This document shows positions 1 to 12,200 of a stretch of 64,000 nt of DNA, piece by piece. The notes beneath the pieces were generated by a model that was not told where the DNA came from, made no database searches, and was given only the letters and a program-made list of their open reading frames with translations. Origin of the DNA: Camelus dromedarius (lineage: Eukaryota); assembly GCF_036321535.1 (NCBI RefSeq), contig NC_087436.1:65040001-65104000 (forward strand), read 5' to 3'. A program made the translations under genes and the position numbers. Numbering within the stretch: the first letter of the stretch is position 1; each line of letters starts with the position of its first letter.

Positions 1-149
1 AAAAGATGAATAGTCCTGTTCCAATGAAGATTAAGGTGTAGTTGGAAATATTAAAGTGCTTCTGGGCCTCTCACAAATGGTTGTTTTCACCTATGACCCT
101 TCTACTTGCAGTTCTCTTTCCCTCCTCTTCAACGAGGTCATCTTCCATA

Positions 150-356
150 GTCTGCTTAGTTCTCGTGTCTTTCAGGAAGCCTTCTGGAATCTTGTCATAT
201 GGATGCTATTCTCATAACTTATGTGCCTCTAATATTGCACTTAACATAGTTCTTTATTGGTATCTGCTTTTTTTTTATTTGCTTGAAGGCAGGATCTTGG
301 TCTTCTTTGTATGTATGTCACCTGTGCAATACAAGTTTTCTGAATAAAAGAATAAA
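150..356 (+). mobile_element. L2 LINE 3'-end fragment (ancient)
   Basis: Degenerate L2 3' motif 'cttgaaggcaggatcttggtcttctttgt...tgaataaaagaataaa'. Confidence 0.5.
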
Positions 357-397
357 CTTCCTTTTCAAATAACTTCCTCTCCAAGAGCTATCCTTGT

Positions 398-540
398 TTT
401 ATTATATATATATAATATATAAAATATATTATATATAATATATAAATATACTTATAATTAAGTAAAATTAATTATAAATAATAATGATAATATCTATAAT
501 AAGTAATAATAAATTATATATGTGTCTATTGTATATATCT
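398..540. repeat. AT-rich low-complexity tract
   Basis: Almost pure A/T with TATAA-like units. Confidence 0.85.
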
Positions 541-977
541 GTTCGCTGCTTGAATTTTGGTAAATGTTTAGTTAAATTTTCCCAGTATGTTGTTCTTTAT
601 TGATCAAATGACTAGGTCTCTGCCAAATTTCTGCATCAACTTGGAATCATGTACACCTGTTTTTCCCTGTCCTTGAAGATCCCTTGAAATAAACAAAAGA
701 ATATGTAAAATAATTATATAATAGAAACATAAGAAAGCATAATATTCACAGTTAATATAACTAGCACTAAATAACTGTTCTGTCGATATCCTTAAATTCC
801 CTGTATATTAATAGTAAGGTAATATTTTGTGAATTAAATGCACTCACACATACATACACAGAGATAATGACTGATATTCTTAGCACCATTTTCAAAGATT
901 TTGAGTAGCACATTAGCCCAAAGACGATAATAATTTAAAAAGGAACAAATTCCAAACCCATTAGGGAGAAAAATTAC

Positions 978-1148
978 CAATGGAGCTGGAGTCGATCTGA
1001 TATATCCAGCAAAATTGGGTATAGCAACTTGAATAATGATCCGGAAGACTGGCAGAGTGATTGATAGACTCCTATTAACCCATGGGGTTCGGAGAGGATT
1101 TCTTTGCTCTCTTTCTGGAGTTGCAGCAACTGGCATGGTTCCTTTAAT
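978..1148 (-). other. Candidate internal exon (171 nt), gene unknown
   Basis: Minus-strand 'cttcagctgcag|ATTAAAG...CCATTG|gtaatt'; length divisible by 3; two frames open; retained CpGs; not repeat-like. Confidence 0.35.
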
Positions 1149-1509
1149 CTGCAGCTGAAGTGTATGAGAATATATGATGAATTAACATGGAGTGTTCTTC
1201 CTTTCTCACTGTCAGTTTTATTAAAATAGGAAAAATACACTATTAGACATACACATTAGACAATCTTGGATTTAATAATTATCCATTTCCTCTGTGATTT
1301 GTTTACTAATTATCTCTGATTCCTCATCAGCTTAGTTTTTTGTTCTGCTAAATGAGCAGATGCTTAAATAGTTGCTGATAGCATCTCTTAGCCTATCCTT
1401 CCCCCTTCCCTTCATAATTCTTGCTTTAAGATTAAATAGTCCTTCCCTCTTACTAATAACCTTAGTTCTTCAGAAGCCATGTGTGGAGAAGGGAGGTGAG
1501 CATTACCTG

Positions 1510-1670
1510 GACTGACTTTGCTGCTCTGTGACTTAACAATTGAGTGATCTTGGCCAACCCTGGGCCACTTACCCTTTCTGCATTTTCTTACTTGTGAAAT
1601 AAAGAAGTATCTCACAGCATTATAATGAGATTGAATGATACTACAGGCAAATCATCTAGTACACTGTAAG
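1510..1670 (+). mobile_element. MIR SINE fragment
   Basis: MIR core-like 'gtgatcttggcc...cattttcttacttgtgaaat...tctcacagcattataatgagattgaatga'. Confidence 0.55.
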
Positions 1671-1934
1671 CACCCAGAAGGGTTAATTCCTTCTCTGTCC
1701 ATGAGTATTGCTCTTTTTGTGACTACATTGTCACCTTATTTTTCTTTATTACAACAACAAACTGAAAGGAAACAAAGCATATATTTAAACCCTAATTTTA
1801 CACAGAAAGAAACATAGTTACTAGCCCAGGTTCACTTAACTAGAAAGGTCTAGAGACAATAACCTTTAGGTTATAACCTAGGTAATCTGGTTCCTATCAA
1901 CCATAGAATTTTTATTAATAAAGAGAAATAGGTG

Positions 1935-2145
1935 GTTTTGGTGCCAACTACAATACCAGGTTCTGTGCCAAGCATTTAATTTTCATTGTTTTATATAACC
2001 CTACCCCCTATAGTCCTGAAAGGTGGATACTTATTTTAAGAGTAAACTTAGACTCAGAAAAGTGAATTAACTTGCCATTGCCTGCCCAGCCAATATGTAG
2101 TGAATTTGAGAATAAAATCCAGGCAATAATGACCTTAAAATCTAT
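1935..2145 (-). mobile_element. MIR SINE fragment
   Basis: 'ccaggttctgtgccaagcattt...aaacttagactcagaaaagtgaattaacttgcc'. Confidence 0.6.
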
Positions 2146-4184
2146 ACTTTGTCTCATCATGCTGCCTTCCATACTTGGAGGAATCTTAGGAATAATGTCT
2201 GTCAACCTTCTCTATTTAGAAGTTTGGTCTAAGGAAATCAATTTACACAAGGCAAAGCCAAAAATTACCTTCTCAAACTTTGTCTCATATAGGTTCATTA
2301 GATTTTTCTAACCTTTATTTGACTTACTGGTTTCTTATAACCATATTTACGTATTTCAACAATTTTTTTTGGTCTCTAAAATCTCCCATTCTTTTTGAGT
2401 CTACATGTCCTTGAATCAGACTTTCTATCAAGAAGAGATCACTTCAGCTGACCTCCAGTGTGGTGTTTGGTAGCATGTAACTCAGCGTTTCATCTCCTTC
2501 TTCTATTGGTGTCTGTTGTAAAGGAGGCAAGTGAATAATTTTGAAGTATCTACCAAATATTAGGTGACAAAAGTGATCATAGCTGCATATACCTAATAAA
2601 AGCCTTGACAGAACCACTTAAAGTTATTTCAAGTGTATTACATGAAGAAATATAATGATTTTTTAAAAAATGTAATGCATCTTTTTTATCAGAGTGTCTG
2701 TATTTGTCAGAGAGTCTGTATTTTAGTTCCCCTATAAAAAAAGCACCCCTGTTTTTCCTTCTATGTTATGTTTTTGAAGTTCCAAAAATTATCCACCTTT
2801 TCAGTTCATCTACTCTTTGGCCTGACTGCCTGAGGATTCCTCTAGTTCTTCAAAATAATAGCCAAGAAGTTTTAAACAGGGCCTTCTTCTCAGGTATGTG
2901 AAATAGAGTTGTCATAATGTCTGACTCTTAACATGACATCGTTTTAACATCATAATAGTACTGAGAATTCTTATTTCTGTCAATAGAAAAAAAGCTCTGA
3001 AAAGTTCATTGTTTAGTTTTATCCATTTTAGGCCTGGTATAAACACACTAACAAGCTTATGATAGATCTTAGGATCAATGACTTTTTTGGTAATCTCTCT
3101 TTATAATTATATTTTGTAAAAATATACGTGGCTATGAGTAGAAAGCAAGTTTTGCTTAGGAATAGTCTGCCATTCAGACCGGAAACTATTAGCATCGTTT
3201 TCTATATGTAGTAACTCAAGACTCACTACACCATTTCTGCTGTAATGGCAACTCTTGTAAAATTCTTGATCCTTTGTCCCATTCAGTTTCACAGTATATA
3301 ACTGATCTTCCCATAAACTCTACTAGATAAAGTATCTCACTCAACATGACTTTTAAAATTAATGATAAAATACAAACTGAAATGCTGAGGACTCGGTTAA
3401 TACTGTCTTTTCCTCTGCTTCTATAAAGTTTATTACAATGACTGTTTCAGCAGCACATGCACCAATGCCCCAGCACACAGTGACGGCGGGAGTCAAGACT
3501 AAATATTATTCTTCTAGAATTGGTCTCACTCAAAGTATGAGTTCAGAACATGCTGATTGAATCTGTGTACAGTTATATTGCTTTATTCATGCATATGTGC
3601 CTATGTAAAGATCTAGCATGATTAATGTCAGTGCTACTGAAATACTTGTATATGCTTCCTTCAACATATATTTAAACTTACTCTAAAAATAATAAATTAT
3701 GGGTTAATTAGGGTTATCACTGTGATTTTCAACTATGATTTGTTCATTTTATTTGAACAGAGGTCTGTTTATATAAAAAAAACTTTATATTTGTGTAGAT
3801 GCTTTTAGGTTATAAATTAATTTCACAAACATTTTCCTATTTGATTTTTAGTGTATCTGAAAAGGGGAAGTTAAGTATTACTATTCCTATGTTGCAAGTA
3901 AGGAGAAGTAGAATGAAGTTAATTTGAACTGGTTTATTGGTGCTATTGGTTTATTTTTGCAATAAAATTAATTTACCAAATACATATGTTTAGAAAATTC
4001 TTCTAAGTATTTTTTGTACATAAACACATATACTTATTCACCATAGCATTGAGTGTGTGTCAGAGAAGTAAACTTGGATCTTTCCAGGAGGTTTTTTTCT
4101 AAATAGATATGCAATATCATTATTGCTGTGTAATCAGCAATGTTTTTTTGCTTCCCCACTGTGATATCAGTCTCTTTCCTTCAG

Positions 4185-4260
4185 ATTCTTTGTACCCCGG
4201 AGATTACACAGAATCCCTCTTGAATAAGGATGCAGTCATTGCATATTCTGTGGAGAAGAT
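4185..4260 (+). other. Candidate exon, gene unknown
   Basis: Strong acceptor 'tctctttccttcag|ATTC' and donor 'GAT|gtaagc'; one frame open (DSLYPGDYTESLLNKDAVIAYSVEK). Confidence 0.3.
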
Positions 4261-5386
4261 GTAAGCTGTAGACAAATGAAAGCCACTGCTGTGTTTTACC
4301 TGGCTTCTTAGAGATAAGCACTCTAAGGTCAAGATAAGTTTTTATGCTCCTGTGCTCTTTATTAATTGCTTTAAATTATGGTAAGAGGTCAAAACACAGG
4401 AGTTCTTCTAATTTATTTCATAATTACTATGTGTGTGTGTGTGTGTACACATATGGTGTCTCAGAAGGAAAAGGCAAAAAAAAAAGTAATATGGAACAAA
4501 TTTAGAAACAAGAAATGTGAAGAGAGAAATAATGCTTTGATAGAGCAGTATTTTTAAAGCAGGGTTTGTGGCCATGTTAGAGGCAGTTTGTAGGTTTGAA
4601 GAGGAAAAATCCAAAATCCACAAAACTATTTTGTTCATAGCCTTAAAAGCATCTGAAATGTAAGATTAATTTTTATTTGCATAGAAATCTCATTACTCAT
4701 ACAATTAATAATAATTATATTCTCTAAAATTATACACGTCCTTTTAAGGATTGCACTGGTTTGTCTGCAAATATCTAGCTAATAGGATACAGTTTGTCTC
4801 ACCTAATATATTTTCACGCCATCTTCATGCTACTGTTAACATGATTAAATTTGTAATTTTGTTTTTCTGCTTGTGCTGTGTTATCTCCTCAATTCTCAAA
4901 AATGGACCCATGACTAAAATGTGGTTCACTGAAGCATAAAAAGTGATGAAAAGGGTTACATGAATAGTACAACCCAAAATACCATCATAAACAAAGAGTG
5001 AATTGCTCTCCAGTGCTGAATATGGAATGCAAATCCATCTATGCTGGGACATATAAATCTGCAAGCATCATGATTTCACATGTGCAGCAGGAAGAGAAAA
5101 GTGCAATTAGGGCATACATTTATGAATATCTTTTAAAAGTGGAATTATGTTTGACCAGAGATTAATTTACCACTCTCCCCCAGTTGATTTTCCATTATAA
5201 AGCCTTGCCAGACAGGGGCATAAATGTCTGGCAAGACCACTTCGTAAAGGATTAAGTGATACATTCTTGCTACTCCCTTGTGAAGTCACCAGCTGGGACC
5301 CTGAGAAACAGTCCACTCTCCTTGACTCCAGGAGTAAGGAAATCACCCACTTCAGAATCATCCACAGAAAGCCTAACATCATATAG

Positions 5387-5502
5387 GAAGGGGAGAAAAG
5401 AGAAAAGAAAGGGAAGAAAGGGAAGAAAGGGAGATGGGAGATGAGAGGAAGGAAGGGGCAGGCAGAGAAGGGAAAGAGGAAAGAGAGCAGTAAAGGAAGG
5501 GC
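5387..5502. repeat. Purine-rich (GA) low-complexity tract
   Basis: Nearly all G/A on the + strand. Confidence 0.8.
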
Positions 5503-5634
5503 TTATTTTGTGGGAGGAGCAGGTGGAAAATTCCTTCACTTTTAGGCACCAGAGTCCTAAATTGATCCTTTCTAACTGTGGATTGACTGTGTTTCTTTCC
5601 CATGGAGTGATCTATTAATGGATAAACTGCAGCC

Positions 5635-6000
5635 TTTTTTTTTTTTTATAACATCTTTACTGTGGTATGATTCCTGCACAGTAAACTACACATATTTCAG
5701 ATGTACAATTTGATGAATTTTGATAGATGTATACACCAATGAAACCACCACCACAATCAAGATAGTTAACTTTTCCATTACTCCCCAAGAGGAGCAAAAT
5801 TCAAATTCCTAGTTTATTTCTTCCCACAGCTTTTCCCCTCTGGTAACCATAAGTTTGTTCTCCATGTCTGTAAGTCTGTTTCTGTTTTGTGGATAAGTTC
5901 ATTTGTGCCTCCCCCACCCCCCTTTTTTTTTCAGATTCCTCATATAAGCAATATCATATATTATTTTTCTTTCTCTTACTGACTTCACTTATCGTATGAA
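5635..6000 (-). mobile_element. Two adjacent L1 3'-end fragments (older L1M-like to ~5790, younger-type 3'UTR/ORF2 end after)
   Basis: Poly-T, then 'tgtacaatttgatgaattttga...ccaccacaatcaagata'; the second part matches 28350-28520 ('ctggtaaccataagtttgttctc...agattcc..atataag'). Confidence 0.75.
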
Positions 6001-7513
6001 CACCCAGTTGCAATAAAACTGTCCTGTAATAGAGACTCTAGCTTCATTTTCCAACTCCCAGATGTCTCATTATCTGTGACTGACCCACCATCCTGTAGTC
6101 TGGGACACTTTCTAGACTTCCCCAGTAGAGGGAAACCCAAACACCTGGTGGGCTGATGGTGGTAGTGGTGGTAATGATACTCACTCATTGCAGGAGTCAG
6201 GGAGAGAGAACTGAAAATAATAAGTTGAAAATTGTCATTGATTCTTTTATTCTTGATCCAGTAAACTAAGGGAGATTAAAAAAAAACAACACGCATAAAA
6301 TAATTTCTATGCAGTAAAATTGATTAATTTTTTGCTGAAGTACACAAGAGGCCAAAAGTAGGGGAAGCATTTAAGGTTTCACACTTTACTGAAAAAACAC
6401 TTAAAAAAAACTATATAGCAACTGCAGTATTAATGACAAATACTACACACAAAGAGAAAGCAGAGGAAGTTTTGTCAAAAATCTTACTGAATGATATTTT
6501 AAGGTGATGCATAATATTAGCTATGTATTAAAGGAAGAATAATAATTACCATGTGTAAGTGCCTACAGGTATTTTGCTAACCAGTTGAATGAAACCAAAT
6601 GTGCAGATTGTGAATAAATTCTTGGCCCATGCACCTTATAGATATGAGGGATTCATAGTTGATGACTTTTTTATCAATGTATTAATGAGGAACTTATGCT
6701 ACAAGAAAAGAGATTTTTTTACTTGGTTACCACTTATTTTGTGTCTTTGGCCTTCGTGGCTGTGACATTGTCAGTGGAGTTAGGAGGAAGGAGAGGAATT
6801 ACTTTGTGGACCTGTTTGAATATACTTTAATACTAATCTACATACAACTTCATTCATGGTACATGTTTTGTGAACATTGATGTGCTTCCTGACTTTGATC
6901 TCATGTATCAAGAAATAGTAAAAATGTTAATTCACTCCCACTGTGGCCACTAAATCTGTTGTTTAGTGAAGAAGTGAGTACTGAGTTCAAGAATCTGCTT
7001 TTCCATGTTAATGTACTCTCTCTGTGCCTGCATGACTTTTTAAAAATCTTGTTGATGTTAGTATGCTCTGCCCACACACCAATATTGTCCCTAAATAATA
7101 TTTATGTATTTCAAATAATTTCTTCAGTAGCATATCAACCATATATATTGACTATGTTTAAGTACTTAAGCCTATCTTTCAGAGCTGAAATAACAAAATG
7201 TTTAATGTTGAAGATTAAAGATTAAATATTAGGATTTCAACTTAAGTTGACTGTGCAGCAAATTCTGTACTATTGATATTTTGATTAATTTCCAATTAGT
7301 TATATTTTTCACCTGTTGAAGAAATACATTAAAGAGATGATATCAAGTGAACTTAAAAATCACATTAAAACATGGTAAGAGAACATGAAAAAAGAAACTC
7401 TAGAAATGAATCTAATCTAGAGTGGATTAGAAATTTATCCATTGATCTTCAAAGATACAAGGAACATACCCATTTCTCTTATCTTTAAAATTAATTTAGA
7501 AAATTAATATTTT

Positions 7514-7750
7514 ATTTATATTTAATAATTTTTAAAATTGAAGTATAGTCAGTTTACAATGTTGTATCAATTTCTGGTGTGCAGCACAATGTTTCAGTCA
7601 TACATAAAAATACATATATTTGTTTTCATATTCTTTTTCACCATAAGCTACTACAAGATATTGAATACAGCTCCCTGTGCTAAATGGTGTAAACTTGTTT
7701 ATCTATTTTATATATACCACTCAGTATCTGCAAATCTTGAACTCCCAAGG
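7514..7750 (-). mobile_element. 5'-truncated L1 3'-UTR stub with 13-bp TSD
   Basis: 'attgaagtatagtcagtttacaatgttg'; TSD aaattaatatttt (7501-7513) / aaatcaatatttt (7751-7763). Confidence 0.85.
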
Positions 7751-8545
7751 AAATCAATATTTTAAAATTGGGTAGTCCTTAGCTAATTTTATTTAGCCAT
7801 ATTGAAACTAGGAATACTTTTATTATTCAGTCTTAATGCTGACATCTTATCCACTGACTTCCTGTCTTATTGAAAGCTCCACACTTTGTAGAGAGGAATA
7901 GGAGAATAGAGGAAAAACTGAACAATAGGGAGCTTTTATTCCAAAATCCAACCGTTGTTGCAATAGGTGACAAAATTATCTCTAGCACTAGGAACTATCT
8001 TAGAACCAAACCCCAAAGCCTATGAATTCATAGTGTTATTAAACCCATGGCCTGCAGAATTGACCTGCAAAATATGTGTTACTACTACCTGAAAAGATAA
8101 ATATAGAAATTAAGAAGAGTAGTTGGAATTTTTAAAACAGTAATTTGACAACCTACTGCATACTAGTAAGTGATCAGTTGACTTGTATCATGTAGCAGGT
8201 TTGGACTAGTTTTGGTGAAGTTCATCTTGAGAAATAAGTTGATGTAGAGTGAGATGCTTATATGTGGTAGAATCACAATATAACATGTGGTGTTTTAAAG
8301 TTAGTTTGTAAAGTATAACTGAAAATGACATATAATTGGAGAAAACATGTCATTTGTTTTTTTATGCCTCATTATTTCGACATCGTTTTGTCTTTTGATT
8401 AAGCCTGTTTTTAACTTATAGTTTAACAGTACTTGGTAAAATAGGGAAAGTGACATTTATATTATTTGTTGTCACTTCTAATGTACAGATTCTAAAACGT
8501 TTTTCACTGAAATACTTTTTCAAGAAAAGATAAAACTTTTCTGAT

Positions 8546-9212
8546 TGTTGCAGAATGATAGTATAAAAAAAATCTTAGGTAAAGAGAAGCTTTATTAAAA
8601 AGGACAATTGTAATAGAAGGAAGGGCACTATTGCCATAGGGTGAGGGAGACTCTTAAAATAGGGAGAATCCTCTGACCATACATAAGATCTGCAAGTCTC
8701 TTCAATGTCAGGCAAAAAGGAATTTTCTTGTTTAGGATGAGTAACAAGGTTAGATGATTGGGTGATGTCATCAAACAGTTGATCAGAAAAATGTCTTTCC
8801 TTATGGTCAGCTGATTCTTGATTCTCCAGAGGAGTTTTTATGAAAGTTGGTTCATATTCCAATGCTGGTTAGTTTGGACATGGGTCAAAATTCAGTTTCC
8901 TGTGTTCAGAAGGGAGGAAAAAAATTTAAACTTTGCTCAAGGAAGGTTGGCAGGTAGGTTGTCTGGATTAGTCAGTGAGTTTAAACAGTTTAGCTACTCA
9001 TGGATGAGACAAAGAATGGGAATTTGGTCTGTGTCTAGCCTTGTCATTGGTAAATAAGGTGGGAAGCATCCTTGACTTTTATCTATGTCATATGAGGAAG
9101 AGTGGTTCTTTGCAGTAAGTTGTTTTACGGAACACAAAAGGATCAAGAGGGAATTTCTTATCTGTAGCTGTTTTCCAGGAGCACAGGGCTCAGGTAGAGT
9201 TTAACTTTGTCA
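8546..9212 (-). mobile_element. ERV1-class 3' LTR (MER31/MER67-like, family uncertain)
   Basis: Minus-strand TG...CA termini, preceded by polypurine tract 'gatgggggaac', with AATAAA near the 3' end. Confidence 0.75.
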
Positions 9213-12200
9213 GTTCCCCCATCTGCTTAAGCCGAGTGATTATCAGTCATTGCTGAATTACTCAGAGGGGATTGTAAACCAGACTGGGGCAAAGTGGGTT
9301 CTAAGAAGTAGGCTCCTGGGGACTCCTGTTGGCATTGGTCTTGGAAAATCAGTTAAATCATCTGTTGAGAGATTGTAGCAAAGGTCAGTTTTGTTAGGTT
9401 CAATCATCTTAAAAGAAGAATGCTTCTAATGGAAGTGCAAAATATTAATGTAAAAGACCATATTAAAGCCAAGAGCCAGAAGTTGAACCCCAGACAATAT
9501 TCAGTCCTGTGAATTCTGAGGGTTTATGGATGACAATCTTTCAGTTATACAGCACAGCTTGTTGAGTTTCATGAAGCTGATAAGATGTTGATGTTCCAGT
9601 TCTCTCTCCTCTAAGAGCTTGCAAGACCAGAGCATTTTATAAGACTTCTTGATGACTCAGACAGCAGATTGCCCAGGAAGGACCCTGTCCTATGTCTAAA
9701 CTACTGCAGTGATGAGTCCTTCAAGGTCATCAGGTCTTCAGACTTTAGTTCACAGTGCTTCTTCAGACGTTGGGGAAAAAGTTCTGCCACATGGCAACCT
9801 AGAGTCCGCGTAAGAGTCTGTTTAGTCAGGTTTTAGCTCTTGGTAATTCCAAGGATGGAAGGAAGGGGAAAAGTTGGAAGCATCAGTTGGGGGTATAGTC
9901 AGATATTGAAGGAAACCAGAAGAATTGAAAATATTGTAATGGTTGAGAATACATGCCAGATGAAAGGTTCTAGTCTAATAGAAATGTAAGTAATAAAACT
10001 AATTTTTCATATCCATTGGTTACTTAACATTTGCAAAGTGGTACAAAATAGCTCAAAAAACAATTAATAGGGCCAGAATATGATAACCTGCATGGATATG
10101 TTACAATTGTCCATTGAAACACAAAATTTCTTTCTGTAGTCACCTTTCCTTTGATCAAAGATAATGTCAACTAAAGGTTATTCTACATCATAAATTAAAG
10201 CTTCTCTCACTAGATTTGGCCTCATTATTTACATAGGTAGAGTAAGAATAGTGATATACCCTTACAGATCTTTTAAAATTTGCCAGGCTGAAAATTTTCA
10301 TAAGGAATCTCAGATAGGGCTTCAAAAACCTCTTAAAGCTAGGAAGCCACACCATGAACTCATCATTATATTTCACCTGCAGTACCTATAACTTTGGGTG
10401 AGTTTCTCTCTTCTAGAGGTCCACAAAATATCCTAAGCTCCCTGTGCCTTCAGAGAAATGCTGATCTTCACCAACTGTAAGTCTGGAAGCTCTGTAAAGC
10501 TAGGTACTTCATTAGTTTTCCTTATAGGGCTTTGTGAATTTTGATTTCATGAAGTCAACTTGAACTCCTTAACAGTGTCCAGTCATATGTGATTAAAAGC
10601 ATCATTCTCAAATATAACATTCCAGTGAAAGTATTGGTTTATTACCAATGTTTTCAATTATGTCTTGCTAACAAAGGAAGACAGAAACTTATTTAACCTA
10701 AGCCAAAATTATACTGCCATAAAATAAGAACATTCAATCAATAAGAGTCTCTACAATCTGAGTGGATCAGGATCAGTGTTTCATTTCTGTTTGCCAGAAT
10801 CAAGTCTACAAAATTGTTAGGAGTTACAGAGAGAATAAGAGAAAAGAGAAAGGGGTTGGTTATATCCAGAAAATAGGATATTAAATCAGTAATATTCTAA
10901 GCAAAACTTATAATCATCTTTTCTTAGTTCTTTTTAATGATTAATTCTTGTTCTGATTGATTTGGGGTTATGAACCCATTTGCTTCTACATTAGGGTTCT
11001 GGCACTCTTGACTTGGTCCAGTGGTACGGTCTCAAAGTTATTTAAGCAATGCCATCTGAAACCTATGCCCAGGGGGACCCAGCAGAGTCATTTTCTAAGG
11101 GTCTCTGAAACAGTCATTTTTTGAAGACAGAATTCTAGTCTGTAGCTGATTTGTAAGTGTTTTTAAGGAAGCATGAGAATAAAACAAAAGCTATGTGTAG
11201 AGTATGCAAGATTTTAAGATAGTTAAGATTACCATGGATAATTTTAAAAAATGAAGGCTCTGATGGAAATTCTTTCAGAAAAAAAAATTCAGCTGACAAG
11301 GAAATTGCTTTTCTGTGGCACACAAAACAAAGTCAATCAAAAATCAAAGTGACAATAAGCGATTTTCAAAGTATACATAAGGTGTAATAAGAACTTAGCT
11401 CAAAAGTAAGAAAACTATTTTCTTAACTAATTAAGGTCATGATAAAGTCAAAATAAAGCACAGAAACAATTCTGATATGACACAAAATTTTTGCCTTCTA
11501 GGCAGTTTATTTAGAAGGTAAAGACACACCTTTTACAACTTCTTATCAATAACAAACCAATAATTTAAGAAAATTTATCACTTTAACAGAGGGAAAACCA
11601 GATTCTAGTTTTGCATCAGTATATTGTTTTATACAAAAGCACTTTTCAAACGGTTTTTATAAACAAATTCATCAAACTTTTGATAGCTTTGAACACAACA
11701 AATAAAATTTCTTTTCTGTGGAACTTTACAACTTTCTACATCCTTTCAGGTTTTCTTCTACATTTTCCTCCTTCTTATAGGGAACAACTAATCATTTTAC
11801 ATTGGGACAAAACTACTCCTTTTTTTTCCCTAACAAAAGTATTTCCTGAATACCTTGTATAGAAATTTGCTTTTCTCTGCCACTTTCTTCTGGTAGTGTC
11901 TCATTAACATATATTGTTATAAATTTTAAATATATTAACTTCTTATTCACAGAGAAAACTATAAAGTGGATAATTGTGAACTGTCTGTTAGAAACCAGAA
12001 TTTTGTAGTAGAGATTAAGAATAGACATATCCTAATTTTCAGAACCATTTATGTCCTTGTAATATAACTTGTAAATGTGGCCAAAAATGAATAACATTCA
12101 TCAACAGACTCAAATACATAGAGCCTTAAAATTGGGCCTAGTAATTTATATGTCAGTATTTTATCTTACTTAGAAATGATTTAGGCATTTTAAAAAGTCA

